Source of the DNA: Eledone cirrhosa
Taxonomy: Eukaryota
Assembly (NCBI GenBank): GCA_964016885.1
Contig: OZ024743.1
Coordinates: 192,572,001 to 192,636,000, forward strand
Direction of reading: 5' to 3'
Length of the DNA: 64,000 bases
Below the pieces are notes generated by a model. It saw only the letters and a list, made by a program, of their open reading frames with translations. It ran no database searches and was not told where the DNA came from. A program made the translations under genes and the position numbers. Below are positions 1 through 12,270 of the stretch, in pieces. The number at the start of each line of letters is the position of its first letter. Positions within the stretch are counted from its first letter, which is position 1.

Positions 1-232
1 CTGATTTGGTGTAATATTAAAGAGAGCGGGACTAGCTGAGTTGAAATAATTGTGCCATAAGGTTTTTACGATATGCATGTTTTATTTTTGTTGTGGGCCC
101 AAGCCTTAGCTGTACTTTAAAGATGATGCCAACATCATTTGGGCAATACTGATAGAATATTTTCCACATCATGCCGATAATGTAGCGCACAGGGTGGTGT
201 TGGAGAGAATAGAGTTTGAGCTTTTCTAGTGG
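1..232 (-). mobile_element. Decayed CR1/L2-clade LINE ORF2 3' fragment
   Basis: The minus strand reads LEKLKLYSLQHHPVRYIIGMMWKIF...RLGP...SPALFNITP. This resembles the CR1/L2 C-terminal LxxLxLxSLxxRRxRYxxxxxWKI and GPxLFNxLP motifs. It contains frameshifts. Confidence 0.65.
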
Positions 233-1038
233 TTTCTAATTTAGGCACAAAGCCAGCAATTTGCAGGGTGGGGGTGTAAGGCAATTATTTTGACCCCAGT
301 ACTTTACTGGGCAAAATGCAAATTTGACTTCAGCATAATTTGAAATAACAGAAATAACTGTAATAAAACAAATGAATAACAAATAAATAATAAACAATAG
401 ATAACAAAATAATAATAAATAAATAAACAAATAAATAAATAATAGTAATAAGAACAACAATAATAATAGCTTTTAATTTAAGCGCAATGCCCAAAATATG
501 ACTGGTTCTTTATTTTTCAACCCTAAAAGGATGAAAGACAAAGTTGACCGTGACTTAATTTGAACTCAGAACATAAAAAGCCATAACAAAATGCTGCAAT
601 GCATTTTCTTGAATGCTCTAACAATTCTGTCATTCCACAATAATAATTGTTTCTATGTTAGGCACAAGGCCAGCAATTTTTTAAAGGGGTGGGGGCGAAT
701 TATTCGACCCCAATACATTACTGGTGCTTTATTTTATAAATCTCGTAAGGATGAAAGGGAAAGCTTAACCTTCGCAGCTTTGCCTTTCATCCTTACGATT
801 AAATCGACCCCAGTTCATTACTGGTGCTTTATTTTATTGACCCTGAAAGGATAAAAGGCAAAGCTGCTGAGGTTAGCTTTGCCTTTGATCCTTATAATAA
901 TAAAATAGTAATAGCAGATAACATTTATTTTGTTAGAAGCTTCTAAATTTGTTGCAATATTTGTTTAAACAAACTAAATTTAGTTGAAGATTCTGATCTT
1001 AAGTTTGCACTTATTGAATGAACAAAGAATTGTGAACT

Positions 1039-1059
1039 ATATATATATATATATATATA

Positions 1060-1140
<81 letters not shown>

Positions 1141-1192
1141 GACAGAGAGAGAGAGAGACAGACAGAGAGAGAGAGACAGAGAGAGAGAGAGA
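1039..1192. repeat. Compound (TA)n(TG)n(AG)n microsatellite
   Basis: Direct reading. Confidence 0.95.
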
Positions 1193-1670
1193 ATATTGTT
1201 AAACTGTTTACACTGAAAACTATTTCTGAAGAGATTAAAGAACTATTTTAAACATTCAATAAATTCCATTAATCTTGTAAACAGAATTGATTGCAATTAT
1301 ATACAAATTTCAATACAGAAACTTAAGAATAATTCATATAATAATAGTAAATATATATACATTTTTTTCCATGTTTTTGTCATTCACATTTTTGTTTAAA
1401 GGAATCGTTTTCCATAATTTCAATTTGTTGATTTCTTTTCACAAAATGTACAATGATCAATTAAAAAAACCAAACAAAAAACAAAAAAAAATGAAATGAG
1501 CATAAACAATAGAAAATGCTTATGAAGTAGAATGAAAAAAAAAAAAATCTTTGCAAGTAAAAGCCAAAATTAAGCAGAAAGTTAAATAAAAATCAACATG
1601 CAGGAATTAACGTTTCTGTTATAGAATCACCTGAAACTCACACTGGAAATAAAACTTTATTCTAAAGTGT

Positions 1671-2278
1671 TTATATACTACTAAAACTGTGATTGTGTTT
1701 GCCTGTAATTTAATACAGCCAAAACAGCCCATAATGGGAAAATACTTTGAAAGGAAGTTGCTCCTGAAAAGGTCAATACAAATGGAATAAAACAAGTTTC
1801 GCGTAAATTGGAGCACGGGTTCCCAAGATACAGGATTTTTTCCAGGTATCATCTTAAATAGCCAACAGCTCCGTGATAACCAATCAGATCACTAGCGTGC
1901 TTACCGTTGTTTCATTTCCAAAAAGCCTTAGTGCAGTCAAGTTAAGGACATGTATATATTGTAAAATTAAATTGGAAGGCCCATAGGAGACAAGTTAGAG
2001 ATGCTGTGCCCTTGCAAACAGGGAAAAGCAGACGTAAAATGATGATATATATATATAAATATATATATCATCATCATCATCATCATATGTGTGTGCGTAT
2101 AGACTTCTGTCCGCAACAGAAAGTTAGGGTATTTCTTCCATTGCTAGAAATAGCAGTAAGAGTTTGTGATATAGTTTTAGGAGCCCATGGGAGACAAGGC
2201 ATAGAATAATACATATATATAATCATCATCATCAAACAGCTAGACTACCCGTGACCTGTTGGGTCACGGGTAGTCTAG
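1671..2278 (+). mobile_element. Non-autonomous Helitron (family H1), older copy
   Basis: The 5' part is homologous to 47512-47700 (taatacagccaaaa...ataatgggaaaatactttgaaaggaagttg), and the 3' end ggtcacgggtagtCTAG|T matches 48104-48120. Confidence 0.65.
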
Positions 2279-4591
2279 TTTTTATCTAAAAACCTTCCAT
2301 CATATAATTTTATATAAGAATCTTTAAGTTGTTTCAAACACTAGCTGACTAATATTAAGTCAATAGAAGATGGTATGAAGAGCTCTTCTGTCAAATCAAT
2401 GACAACTTCTATAATGCTGATGCCATAATAAAAAGCACTCCGTAAACTCTAAAGTGTTTGGCATTAGGAAGGTCATCTGGCTATAGAAAGCATGCTACAA
2501 CTGGAGCATATGGAAGTGAAACAAGGCCTCATGGCTCAGCTAGGAAGACATTCGCTCCGATTAAGTTCTGCTGTAACAACCCATCAAATCTATGCCAGCA
2601 TGGAGAAAGGAGCCAATCTTCAGATCAGACCAAGAAGACAATGTTTCCATTGTCTTCTATCTGCCAGTTATGAAGAACATAACACTCCATCTGGTCTAGG
2701 AATTCCAGCCTAACCACAAGGCCACTTCATATGGAAAAGCAAATGCATCAAAGATCTAGAGAATTTTCTAATACAAAAAAGATAAAGAATTAAACCATAT
2801 CTTAGCATGTTGAGGGTAAGATTGGAATAGTTGTGTATGCCAACAAAGTTAATGAAAGCTAACTGAATAACAGATTAAAAAAGAACTTGAACAACATGCA
2901 AACAAAGAAATACTCTTGTACATAAGTCATTGAACCTCTATAAAGAAGAAATAGAATATATTATTTTGCTCTGACATCAGAAGAACTGATGGAAAATATG
3001 TATGTGGGTGGGCAGTCTATATTAGTTGTCCCCAAACTTACACAATTAAAAAAAAAAGGGGGGGGGGGGCACAGAACCCACCACTGATATTTTACATCTT
3101 GGTTCAAACAAGACAAGAATACAAGGCAAAATAAAAGTAACACTGCCTGATTAGTATCAACAGTCAAAAGAGTAAAAAGAATATTTAAGAGATATTTTTC
3201 CAAAACAGTTTTTCTCTTATAGATTAGATCAACTGGGTAAATTCTGAAAATCTTACAGAACCAACAATAGAAGCAAAAGCAACAAAGCAAGGGTAGCAGC
3301 ACATTGTTGTAGTTTTGTAACTAAGAATACATATGAGATTACATCTTTAAAAAAAAATAAATAAATAAAAAATAAAAAACTCAATACCACTGCAACCCAT
3401 TAAAAAACGTTGGATTTTAAGAAAATACTGCAAATAGTTTTTCCTTTCCCCTTCATGCCTTTCCATACAACTTAAGAATTAATTACTAAAGTAATGCAAG
3501 AATAAACAATATGTGAATATGGAATTTAGTTGCAAACATAAAACATTTCTAACGAAATTATTTTCAAAGAAGTAAACGAATGAAAACAAAATTTCCTTTT
3601 AAATCAAGACTTAAAAATAACAATTAGGAATTATCTTTGAGGTTATGTTTCTCTCCTCACTGTAAAATTAAACTTATTTTTTAGTTGAAATGTTTTTTAC
3701 TCACTCTCTCTAAAGTCTGTTTCGATCCCAGAGGCTCATCAGGCTGGATCTTATCCCAGTTTCCATGGCATTAAGCAACTGAGAGTACAATACTCCCCAC
3801 TGGACAAGACACCAGTCCATTGCAGGGTTAAACTGCCAGCTATTGCTGGTACTCGTTTTCAGTTGAGTATAATGGAGCAACATGAAATGAAGTGTTTTGC
3901 TCAAGAACACAACCCAGTCCAGGAAATGAACCCACAAAATTATGGTTGCAAGTCAAATACCCTTACCACGAGGCCATGTACCTCACTACATTAACTTAAT
4001 AAACCATTTGAAATGGGCCCCTTTCAGATGGTTTGGTATTAATTCTACAACACTAAACAGCTAGAAATATGGTAACCAAAAAGTTTAACAGTTGGTAAAG
4101 ATTAGCTGTTGAGGCCATGTTTCTTTCTCTGTATTATAACAGTAATCTTATTTTTTAAACAATAGATTTGAATAACTGGAAATAATACATACTGACCTCA
4201 TGCATACACGAAAACCTGAAACCTATTTTCTTTGCAAATTAAATACTTCAGTTCTAAATTCGCACAACAGTTTACTATAAAGACAATGTCAATCGCAACT
4301 CTAAATGGATATTCAAGGCAACACTTCAATATTAATCATTAAGTAAATCCATTTAGGAGAATTAATGATCTTCCAGAATAGTGTGCATTTAAATGTTATG
4401 AAACGGAGTAAGCCATTATCCTTCATTACCATCTTTTTAACAAAAGTCACTGTCTATCATTTTCAAAAAATTTGAACATAATGAAGAATTTAGAAAGATT
4501 TAGTAAAATAACTCGTTAGGAAGGTGTTTGGACCATAATTTAAAGGTCTATATATAAAATGATAATTGTTTCTACTTTTGGCATATATAAA

Positions 4592-4780
4592 ATAATTGTT
4601 TCTACTTTTGGCACAAGGCCAGTAATTACCCAGTGCATTACTGGTACTTTATTTTATCGACCCCATAAGGATGAAAGGCAAAGTAAACCTCGGCGGGATT
4701 TGAACTCAGAATGGCAAGGACCGTAACTCTATGCGTCAAAGCATGGCGTCCGACCCTCTACCGATACTGCCAATCCACAG
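4592..4780 (-). mobile_element. tRNA-derived SINE family A (Meta-domain-like), young copy
   Basis: Minus strand has A-box TGGCAGTATCGG, B-box GTTCAAATCC and a central GCCTTTCATCC...GGGTCGATAAAATAAAGTACCAG domain resembling the Meta-domain. Many near-identical copies occur in the window. Confidence 0.85.
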
Positions 4781-5501
4781 CATATATAAAATAATGGAAA
4801 GTTTTTAGATAAATATAAACAATTTAAGACAAAGTGGTTTCAGGCAGTTTCATTTTGAAAGATACTTGCAATTTTCAATGGTCTAATCCAACTCAAATAG
4901 AGCAGGTATGGCAATATTCTTTTAGCAGTAAGCTAAATGAGATATGGCTCATCACAAGATGGGTTTGGTATGCACCCATAACTCCTAAAGGAGTTGTAGG
5001 AGCATCATATTGACATATGGTGTTTATTAGGGCATTTTTGAGACCTGGCAGAGCCCATCTGTTCTCCAGGCAATAAGATGGAATACATTATTTTTAAAAT
5101 TCATACTAATTTTTTTTTTAGCATACCATTTAGTTTTGCCATGACTGATTTAGAAGATAATGACCATTGCTGTAGGTAACAAGAGTACTGTATCATTAAC
5201 AAATTCTTAGTTATCTTGCAGTGCAAGGTTTAAATCATCTCTTGAGAGCCTGGGAAAGACATCAGAAGTCATTCCAATGTATCTTCATAGTAAGAGGTTC
5301 AAGGATATTGATTTCCACTGAAACCAGCAAATGTCTTGACCTTTTGCCTGACTAATGAATCATTTAGTAAAATCCTACTATGTACACATTCAAGCCAGCC
5401 AGCAAGAAGAATCCTCTATAAATAGCAGCCAAATATCCCTCAGATTTCACTAACATATTTAAGCCTTTTGATACCTAACAATGACTGTTACAAAGTAATT
5501 T

Positions 5502-5733
5502 TAATCCTTTTGATGCCAACATAGTCAAAACCAACTCTTGTTCTCTGAAAGAAAACAATCCATTTTAATGGGTTCCTATTTTGATTAAAATCCCAACATA
5601 ATTCTATTATATATAAGTGTCACATGTCAAGTTATCTTAATAAGGAAATAAGTAATTTTAGTAAATCCCTAAAAATTCTTCACTAATTAAAGAAGTGTAT
5701 ATTTCATTAGGCATATGTTCATGAAAGGGTTAA
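5502..5733. mobile_element. Old piggyBac-like (TTAA) MITE family
   Basis: TTAA|(C/T)CCTTT...AAAGGG|TTAA ends. Diverged copies lie at about 5750-5914, 18692-18930, 29622-30052, 30475-30722, 32400-32590, 34351-34567, 35558-35760 and 46872-47010. Confidence 0.6.
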
Positions 5734-8406
5734 AGTATATTCATTTAAAATCCTTTCATAATTTTTATATAAAAACATTTGTTATGTTCCAAACATCAAC
5801 CTAATAATTAGCTAAGATATATTACTACATCCTTCAAATTCTTTATTTTCAAAATTATATGAAAATTTATAGGTATTATTGTCTTTCATAATGAACATGG
5901 TAATGAAAGGGTTAAATAACAGCCATGAATGCACTACCTCAGCAAGAAAGGTAAGATGCTCCTTACTAGAAGGCCTTTGATCATAAATGTGCTGGATCTA
6001 AACTGAACTAGGGCTAAATAACTTATTTAAGTCTCGATCCCAAGCTGTCTGAAAAAAAACCTCCGACTATATGATACTAAATTTTCTTTTAATGTATTTA
6101 TATTAGTCAAGAAAAAAAAAACTTTCCATCATAATTTTATGCAAGAATATATAAGTAAATCTACAATTTCACTTTATTATAGAACCATACATCTATAATA
6201 TAATTTATTCACGATTATAAGCTATGTTCCAAACATCAGCTTAATAACTGTCTTATTTCACTTATAACTTCATCCTTCTATACATGTATTAGATCCATCA
6301 CCACTAACTACCATCAGCGTTTATACAGTATAGCTAGCCGTTCTATATACCAGCATGGGTAGGTGAGGAGTGAGTCTTACTATTTTATTCCATTCATTCA
6401 GACAGCAGCTTTTCAAGAGATTGGAGCTTAGTTCCTTTAATGGTAAAACTAAGAAATGCTAGCTGAGGAGTAGCAGCAGGAGGTATTATCTCCCTCTCTC
6501 TAAGATATGGTTTGGAAGTATCAGTTTGCAGCATAATACATTCATTCACACTCACTCAACATGGAGTCAGCCACCTGGCCTGCTGGTATATATTTCTGAT
6601 TACTTGACAGAAGGAGAAAGAATTAACAAACAGTGAGAGAAAACGAAAGAGGAGATGAGAGAGGGAGAAAGTGGGTGAGAGGGCAAGAAGAGAGAAGGGC
6701 GAGCCAGAAAAACAAGAAAATGAAAAAAAGGGGGAAGAATGAAAAAGCAAATATACATGAGTCTTCTTTGCCCACTTATTCCTGAGAGGGTCATGGAGGA
6801 CAGTCCTAAAACACACCTAGTGTGTCCTGTCAGAAACAACTGTCTCCAACTGATCTGGCTGGATTCCAAAGCAAGACCAGCCAAGCTCATAGATGTTATC
6901 CAACCATTTTGCTCAGGGTCTACCAGTGGGTCTCCTGTAAAATCTGTCCAGTTATTCTTTGACATAGTCTAACCACTGTGATCTTTCAATTTGGAGAAGT
7001 AGCGGCTTATTACAAATATGGTAATGAAAGGGTTTAATGTCCAAGATTAAAATGTCTTCCAACTCCATCAGGTGTTTAGGTTCCATGGAAACAACCATTA
7101 TGCTATCAGTTATTCAATGAATAAGTTCTAAGTTTTCTCATTTTTGTTTGCTTATAATGTCTTAATATGCTGCATAAGTATGCCCACTCTTCATGCTCCT
7201 TTACTTCCTCCCTATAAAGATGCAATGCCTCCCCATTATGGATTTCTAGATAATGAAAAACATTTGTACAGCAAGACCAAGACCTAACCCTGCCAGACAT
7301 CAACAGCACCTCAATTTAAGATGCAGTAGCATGAAGTGGTTGGCATTAGGAAGGGCATCTAGCTGTAGAAACAATGCCAAAACTGGAATATATCTAGATA
7401 AGGTCTGTGGCCCGTTTAGGAAGGCAGTAACTCCAATTAAGTACTGACTTGAACAACCCATGCCAACATGGAAAAATATGTTGAATATCATCATCATCAT
7501 TTTACGTCCGCTCTTCCCTGCTTGCAAGGGTGGGACGGAATATACATCTATATCTATATATATATATAGGAAAATATTTAACCCCGACGGCAGAGCTCAA
7601 GCCGTTTCGACTGCTATTTCTGGACTACTTCACTAATCCAGAAATAGCTGTCGAAATATATATATATATATCTATATATATACATCTATATCTATATATA
7701 TATATATATATATCTATATCATCACCGTTTAATGTCCATTTTCCATGCATGGGTTTGTCGGGCCATCCACATAAGACAAGTCTGGCCAGATTGGCCACGC
7801 CATACTTTGCTCAGATGGAACTGTAAATTTGGCCGGCATTTTTACAGCTGGATGCCCTTCCTAACACCAACCACATTTATATATATAGCTAATGTAATGT
7901 AATATTCCATTGTTCTAGTTGATTATATGTTGTATGTGTTTTTTCATGAAAGATATTAAAATTGAACTTATAACAATAGGTATGCGAGTTCTCACTGCTT
8001 GGTAGTTTAGCTCCAAATTTGTATCAAGGGATTATTGGTCAACAAGGTATTTTTATATGTTGATATTTACTTTGTATGAATAAACATCTAGTTAATTTAT
8101 GAACCATTGAGGGAGTTAGGAATTTGAAAAATACCTGCTTTCTGGGGAAGTCATCACTCATTCAACTACAAATGGTTGCATAAGTTGAGCAAATACCCCT
8201 AAAGATGAAAGTGGACAGAAATACCTGTGGAAATTGAACCATGCATCTGTTATGTCGGATGACTGCATTGTTAAGGGGTCAATCTGGTGTGAAATGCAAA
8301 CCAGTGAAAAATAATATTTATTCAATGCCAAGTCTTTCTGAGTTGCTACATTGCTACTTGGAATATCTTGACATAAATCCTATTAGATATATATATTGTA
8401 TATAAT

Positions 8407-8610
8407 GAAGGAAGTGTGGTAAGGAACTAGATGGACCCTAACGCACCAGAGTACTCAAAACTTAGGGTAGTAGAGTGGGTAATAGGAAAATGTTTAACCC
8501 CGACGGCAGAGCTCAAGCCATTTCGACAGCTATTTCTGGACTAGTGAAGTAGTCCAGAAATAGCAGTCGAAACGGCTTGAGCTCTGCCGTCGGGGTTAAA
8601 TATTTTCCTA
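8407..8610. mobile_element. (TA)n-targeting palindromic element
   Basis: The head gtgtggtaaggaac...cagagtactc...cttagggtagtagagtgggtaataggaaa recurs at 42080-42161 and 43388-43520, always within (TA)n. It has an internal 61-bp hairpin. Confidence 0.7.
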
Positions 8611-9328
8611 TATATATATATATAATCATTTAACATCCATTTTCCCAGAGAGAGAAAGTGTGTGCACATACACATGTGTATTTCAGAATGTAGCATGTCC
8701 AGCCCATGCAGGTATGGAAAATAGACATAAAACTGATGATAATATATATTAAGTGCTCAAAGATCAAGAAGGCCACAAATCTAGGTAGTACTTGATGCAT
8801 GTATAGTTGTTGAATAGACACAGTAATAGAGGTGTGGTCCAATGAAGAGAGGCCTCTGGTTCAAATAAAATCACACACACACACACACACACAGTGGCAG
8901 TCAGCAGTTATCAAGAGTATCACACACAATATGAAACTAAAATTTGAATTTTTAAAGAAAGGAAAAAAAAAAAAAAAAAAAAAAAGCGTGCCCAATTCCC
9001 CCCCACCCCCCACACACACAAAAACAAAACAAAAAAAACAAAAACAAATCTATATTCAGAGTGCATAATACACGAAATTAGCAAAAGGCATAAAAAAAAA
9101 AAAAAAGACAAGAGAAAAAAAAGAACAGAACAAAAAGAGAGGAAGGGAGATAAGCAGGAAGGAAGGAAAGAAAATAGCCGCCCCTACTTCACTATGCTAT
9201 AATTTCACACACATACACACACACATTATATACATATATACACACAAACATACACACACGTGTGTATATAAATGTGTATGTGTTTGTATGTATATATATA
9301 TAGGTGTGTATGTTATCAGTGATAATAC

Positions 9329-9391
9329 CTTGTCTAACATACTGGTCAGCAGCAACGTGGGAGTCTGCATCATAAGATGGTGTATTTGTAT
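9329..9391 (-). CDS. Short symmetric coding exon (63 nt, phase 1-1) of the same gene; possible cassette exon
   Basis: Acceptor tttcctcccttttctccAG|AT and donor CAAG|GTATTA. It continues the frame from the 16997 exon as DTNTPSYDADSHVAADQYVRQ with no stop. Confidence 0.75.
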
Positions 9392-9528
9392 CTGGAGAAA
9401 AGGGAGGAAATTAATAGATTTATATTTATATATGTATATATAACACGTTATGAAAGAGATTGTGTTGCCAGTGGGACGAACTGTATATTTATAATGAGAG
9501 ACTGTAGGTGGAACAGAAGAGGTATGTT

Positions 9529-10797
9529 GAGAGAGAAGAGAGAGAGAGAGAGAAGAGAGAGAGAGCAGAGAGAGCAGAGAGAGAGCAGAGAGAGAGCAGA
9601 GAGAGCAGAGAGAGAGCAGAGAGAGAAAAGAAAGAGAGAGCAGAGAGAAAAGAAAGAGAGAGCAGAGAGAAAAGAAAGAGAGAGCAGAGAGAAAAGAAAG
9701 AGAGAGCAGAGAGAAAAGAGAGAGAGCAGAGAGAAAAGAGAGAGAGCAGAGAGAAAAGAGAGAGAGCAGAGAGAAAAGAGAGAGAGCAGAGAGAAAAGAA
9801 AGAGGGCAGAGAGAAAAGAAAGAGCAGAGAGAAAAGAAAGAGCAGAGAGAAAAGAAAGAGAGCAGAGAGAAAAGAAAGAGAGCAGAGAAAGAGAGCAGAG
9901 AGAGAAGAGAAGAGAGAAAAGGGAAGAGAGAAGAGGGAAGAGAGAAGACAAGAGAGAGAAGACAAGAGAGAGAAGACAAGAGAGAGAAGACAAGAGAGAG
10001 AAGACAAGAGAGAGAAGACAAGAGAGAGAAGACAAGAGAGAGAAGACAAGAGAGAGAAGACAAGAGAGAGCAGAGAGAAGACAAGAGAGAGCAGAGAGAA
10101 GACAAGAGAGAGCAGAGAGAAGACAAGAGAGAGCAGAGAGAAGACAAGAGAGAGCAGAGAGCAGAGAGAAAGCAGAGAGAGCACAGAGAGCGAGAGCGAG
10201 AGCAGAGCGCAGAGAGAGCAGAGAGCCGAGAGAGAGAAGAGAAGAGAGAAGAGAGAAGAGAGAAGAGAAGAGAAGAGAGAAGAGAGCAGAGAGAGCAGAG
10301 AGAGCAGAGAGCAGAGAGCAGAGAGAGCAGAGAGCAGAGAGAGAAGAGAGAGAGAAGAGAGAGAGGAGAAGAGAGAGAGAAGAGAGAGAGGAGAAGAGAG
10401 AGAGGAGAGAAGAGAGAGAAGAGAGGAGAGGAGAAGAGAGGAGAAGAGAAGAGAGGAGAAGAGAGCGATAGAGAGGAGAAGAGAGCGATAGAGAGGAGAA
10501 GAGAGCGATAGAGAGGAGAAGAGAGCGATAGAGAGGAGAAGAGAGCGATAGAGAGGAGAAGAGAGCGATAGAGAGGAGAAGAGAGCGATAGAGAGGAGAA
10601 GAGAGCGATAGAGAGGAGAGCAGAGAGAGAGAGAGCGATAGAGAGGAGAGCAGAGATAGAGAGGAGAGCAGAGAGAGAGAGAGAGCGATAGAGAGGAGAG
10701 CACAGAGAGAGAGAGAGAGCAGAGAGAGAGAGAGAGCGAGAGAGAGCAGAGAGAGAGAGAGAGAGAGCGAGAGAGCAGAGAGAGAGAGAGAGAGAGC

Positions 10798-10829
<32 letters not shown>

Positions 10830-10882
10830 CGATAGAGAGGAGAGAGAGAGCGATAGAGAGGAGAGAGAGAGCGAGAGAAAGA
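9529..10882. repeat. 1.35-kb compound polypurine (plus strand) micro/minisatellite
   Basis: Almost only A/G with sparse C and rare T. Successive blocks are built from AGAGAGC, AAGACAAGAGAGAG and a 20-mer GAGAGCGATAGAGAGGAGAA (8 copies, 10461-10620). Confidence 0.97.
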
Positions 10883-11211
10883 GAATTTCTTTTATGTGTA
10901 CATGGTTGTGTTTGATGAACAAACATTTTTCTTTGTGTGTATGTATGAAAAAGATAAAAGGAGAGGTAGTGTATGTGTATATGAGCAGATATACAGGGTA
11001 TCCCCACAAAAATGTATACACACTTCAACAGCATTCTAATAAATATTGCCCGTACATGTAATCAAAGTGTAATTTGGGGGAAACTGTCTGAGTGAAGAAA
11101 TGCAATATCGTAGGTGTAGAATGTGAATATCTTCATAAATAACAATGTAAAGACAATATAAAGCAATATCATTGTTTGATCAAATGAAAAGGTCCCCTAA
11201 TTCCTCAAAAC

Positions 11212-11250
<39 letters not shown>

Positions 11251-11589
11251 CATCATCATCATCAACATTTTGTTGTAGAATTATGAGGCCAATCATATGA
11301 TTAAACTCTTCATAAAAAATAAAAAATAATTTAAAAAAAATAAATAAATAAATAAATAAATAAAAAAAAAAAAATTAAAAAAAAAACACTGGCGAACAAA
11401 GTAAAAGGACGAGCAAACAAAAGAGAAAAAAGGCTAGCGAACAAAATAAAAGGGCCAGTGAAAAAAAAGGGGGATAGTGGGTTCTGAAAAAAAAGAATTA
11501 TTAAAATATACCAAATGAAACAGTTCTATCTTGCTTTGCAACATATTTGCAAAATATGTGACAAATTAAACAGTTTTTCTACCAATTTA

Positions 11590-12270
11590 TCTTGTGCTGT
11601 AGAATATTGGTAATGGGAAGTGGTCAGCATTGAAGTAACATGACAGTAGGTTGAAGTTAAGAATGTCTACCATGGACCCACAATGGCATTTGTGTTGCTT
11701 GCAGATTTGGAAACTGAATCATATTCCTGCATTTTACAAGGAAGGTAATTAAAAGGGTTAGTGCCAGGAAGGTTATCAAGCCATAAAACCTTACCCCAAA
11801 AAGGACTTCATGAAGAGTTTTAAGTCTGTTATTGGACATCAAGGCTAATTTCTTCTTTAATAGGAAAAATAGCCGTAGATTTGCATGTTGTTGAATGTAT
11901 ACAATGCTTTGTATGGTTTAGATTAGGTGCATTAACTCAGTGTTGTAGGTAGCGACTAAAAGTTAGCAACAAAGAGAAAGCTTGACTATAAAGCATTGCC
12001 TCAAAAAGAATCCCATGATGAGCATGAAGTTTATCATGTGTCCCCCATATGGCTAACATCTACTTTTGGAGAGAAACTAGTCTTAAAACCTTTGTTGCTG
12101 TTGAAATTGAGATTAAGACAACTGTGGAAACATTACAATGGTGTAGAATGTCAATGACAAGGCTGTAGTGATTGATCTTTCAGCAGTTTCTTCAATGAGC
12201 ATTCAGCTGTTCAATCAACTGAACTTCAAACTGGGCTGGGCAGTAGATATATACTGAAAAAAACTTTCTT
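11590..12270 (-). mobile_element. Old LINE endonuclease-region remnant
   Basis: Degenerate GD.N.HH..., N.P..Y..HS.TT.KS..DL and D.D.D.F.P-like segments on the minus strand. Heavily decayed. Confidence 0.4.

Noticed and set aside
4680-4780. tRNA-like A/B boxes
   Set aside because: They are SINE heads with no full cloverleaf and are always attached to the SINE body.
10461-10620. Regular 20-bp repeats resembling a CRISPR array
   Set aside because: These are head-to-tail tandem units with no spacers and no cas genes, in a eukaryotic context.
9197-11034. Long ORFs (316-528 aa) rich in E/R/K or L/S
   Set aside because: They are stop-free translations of the polypurine repeat, open in five frames, with no domain signal.
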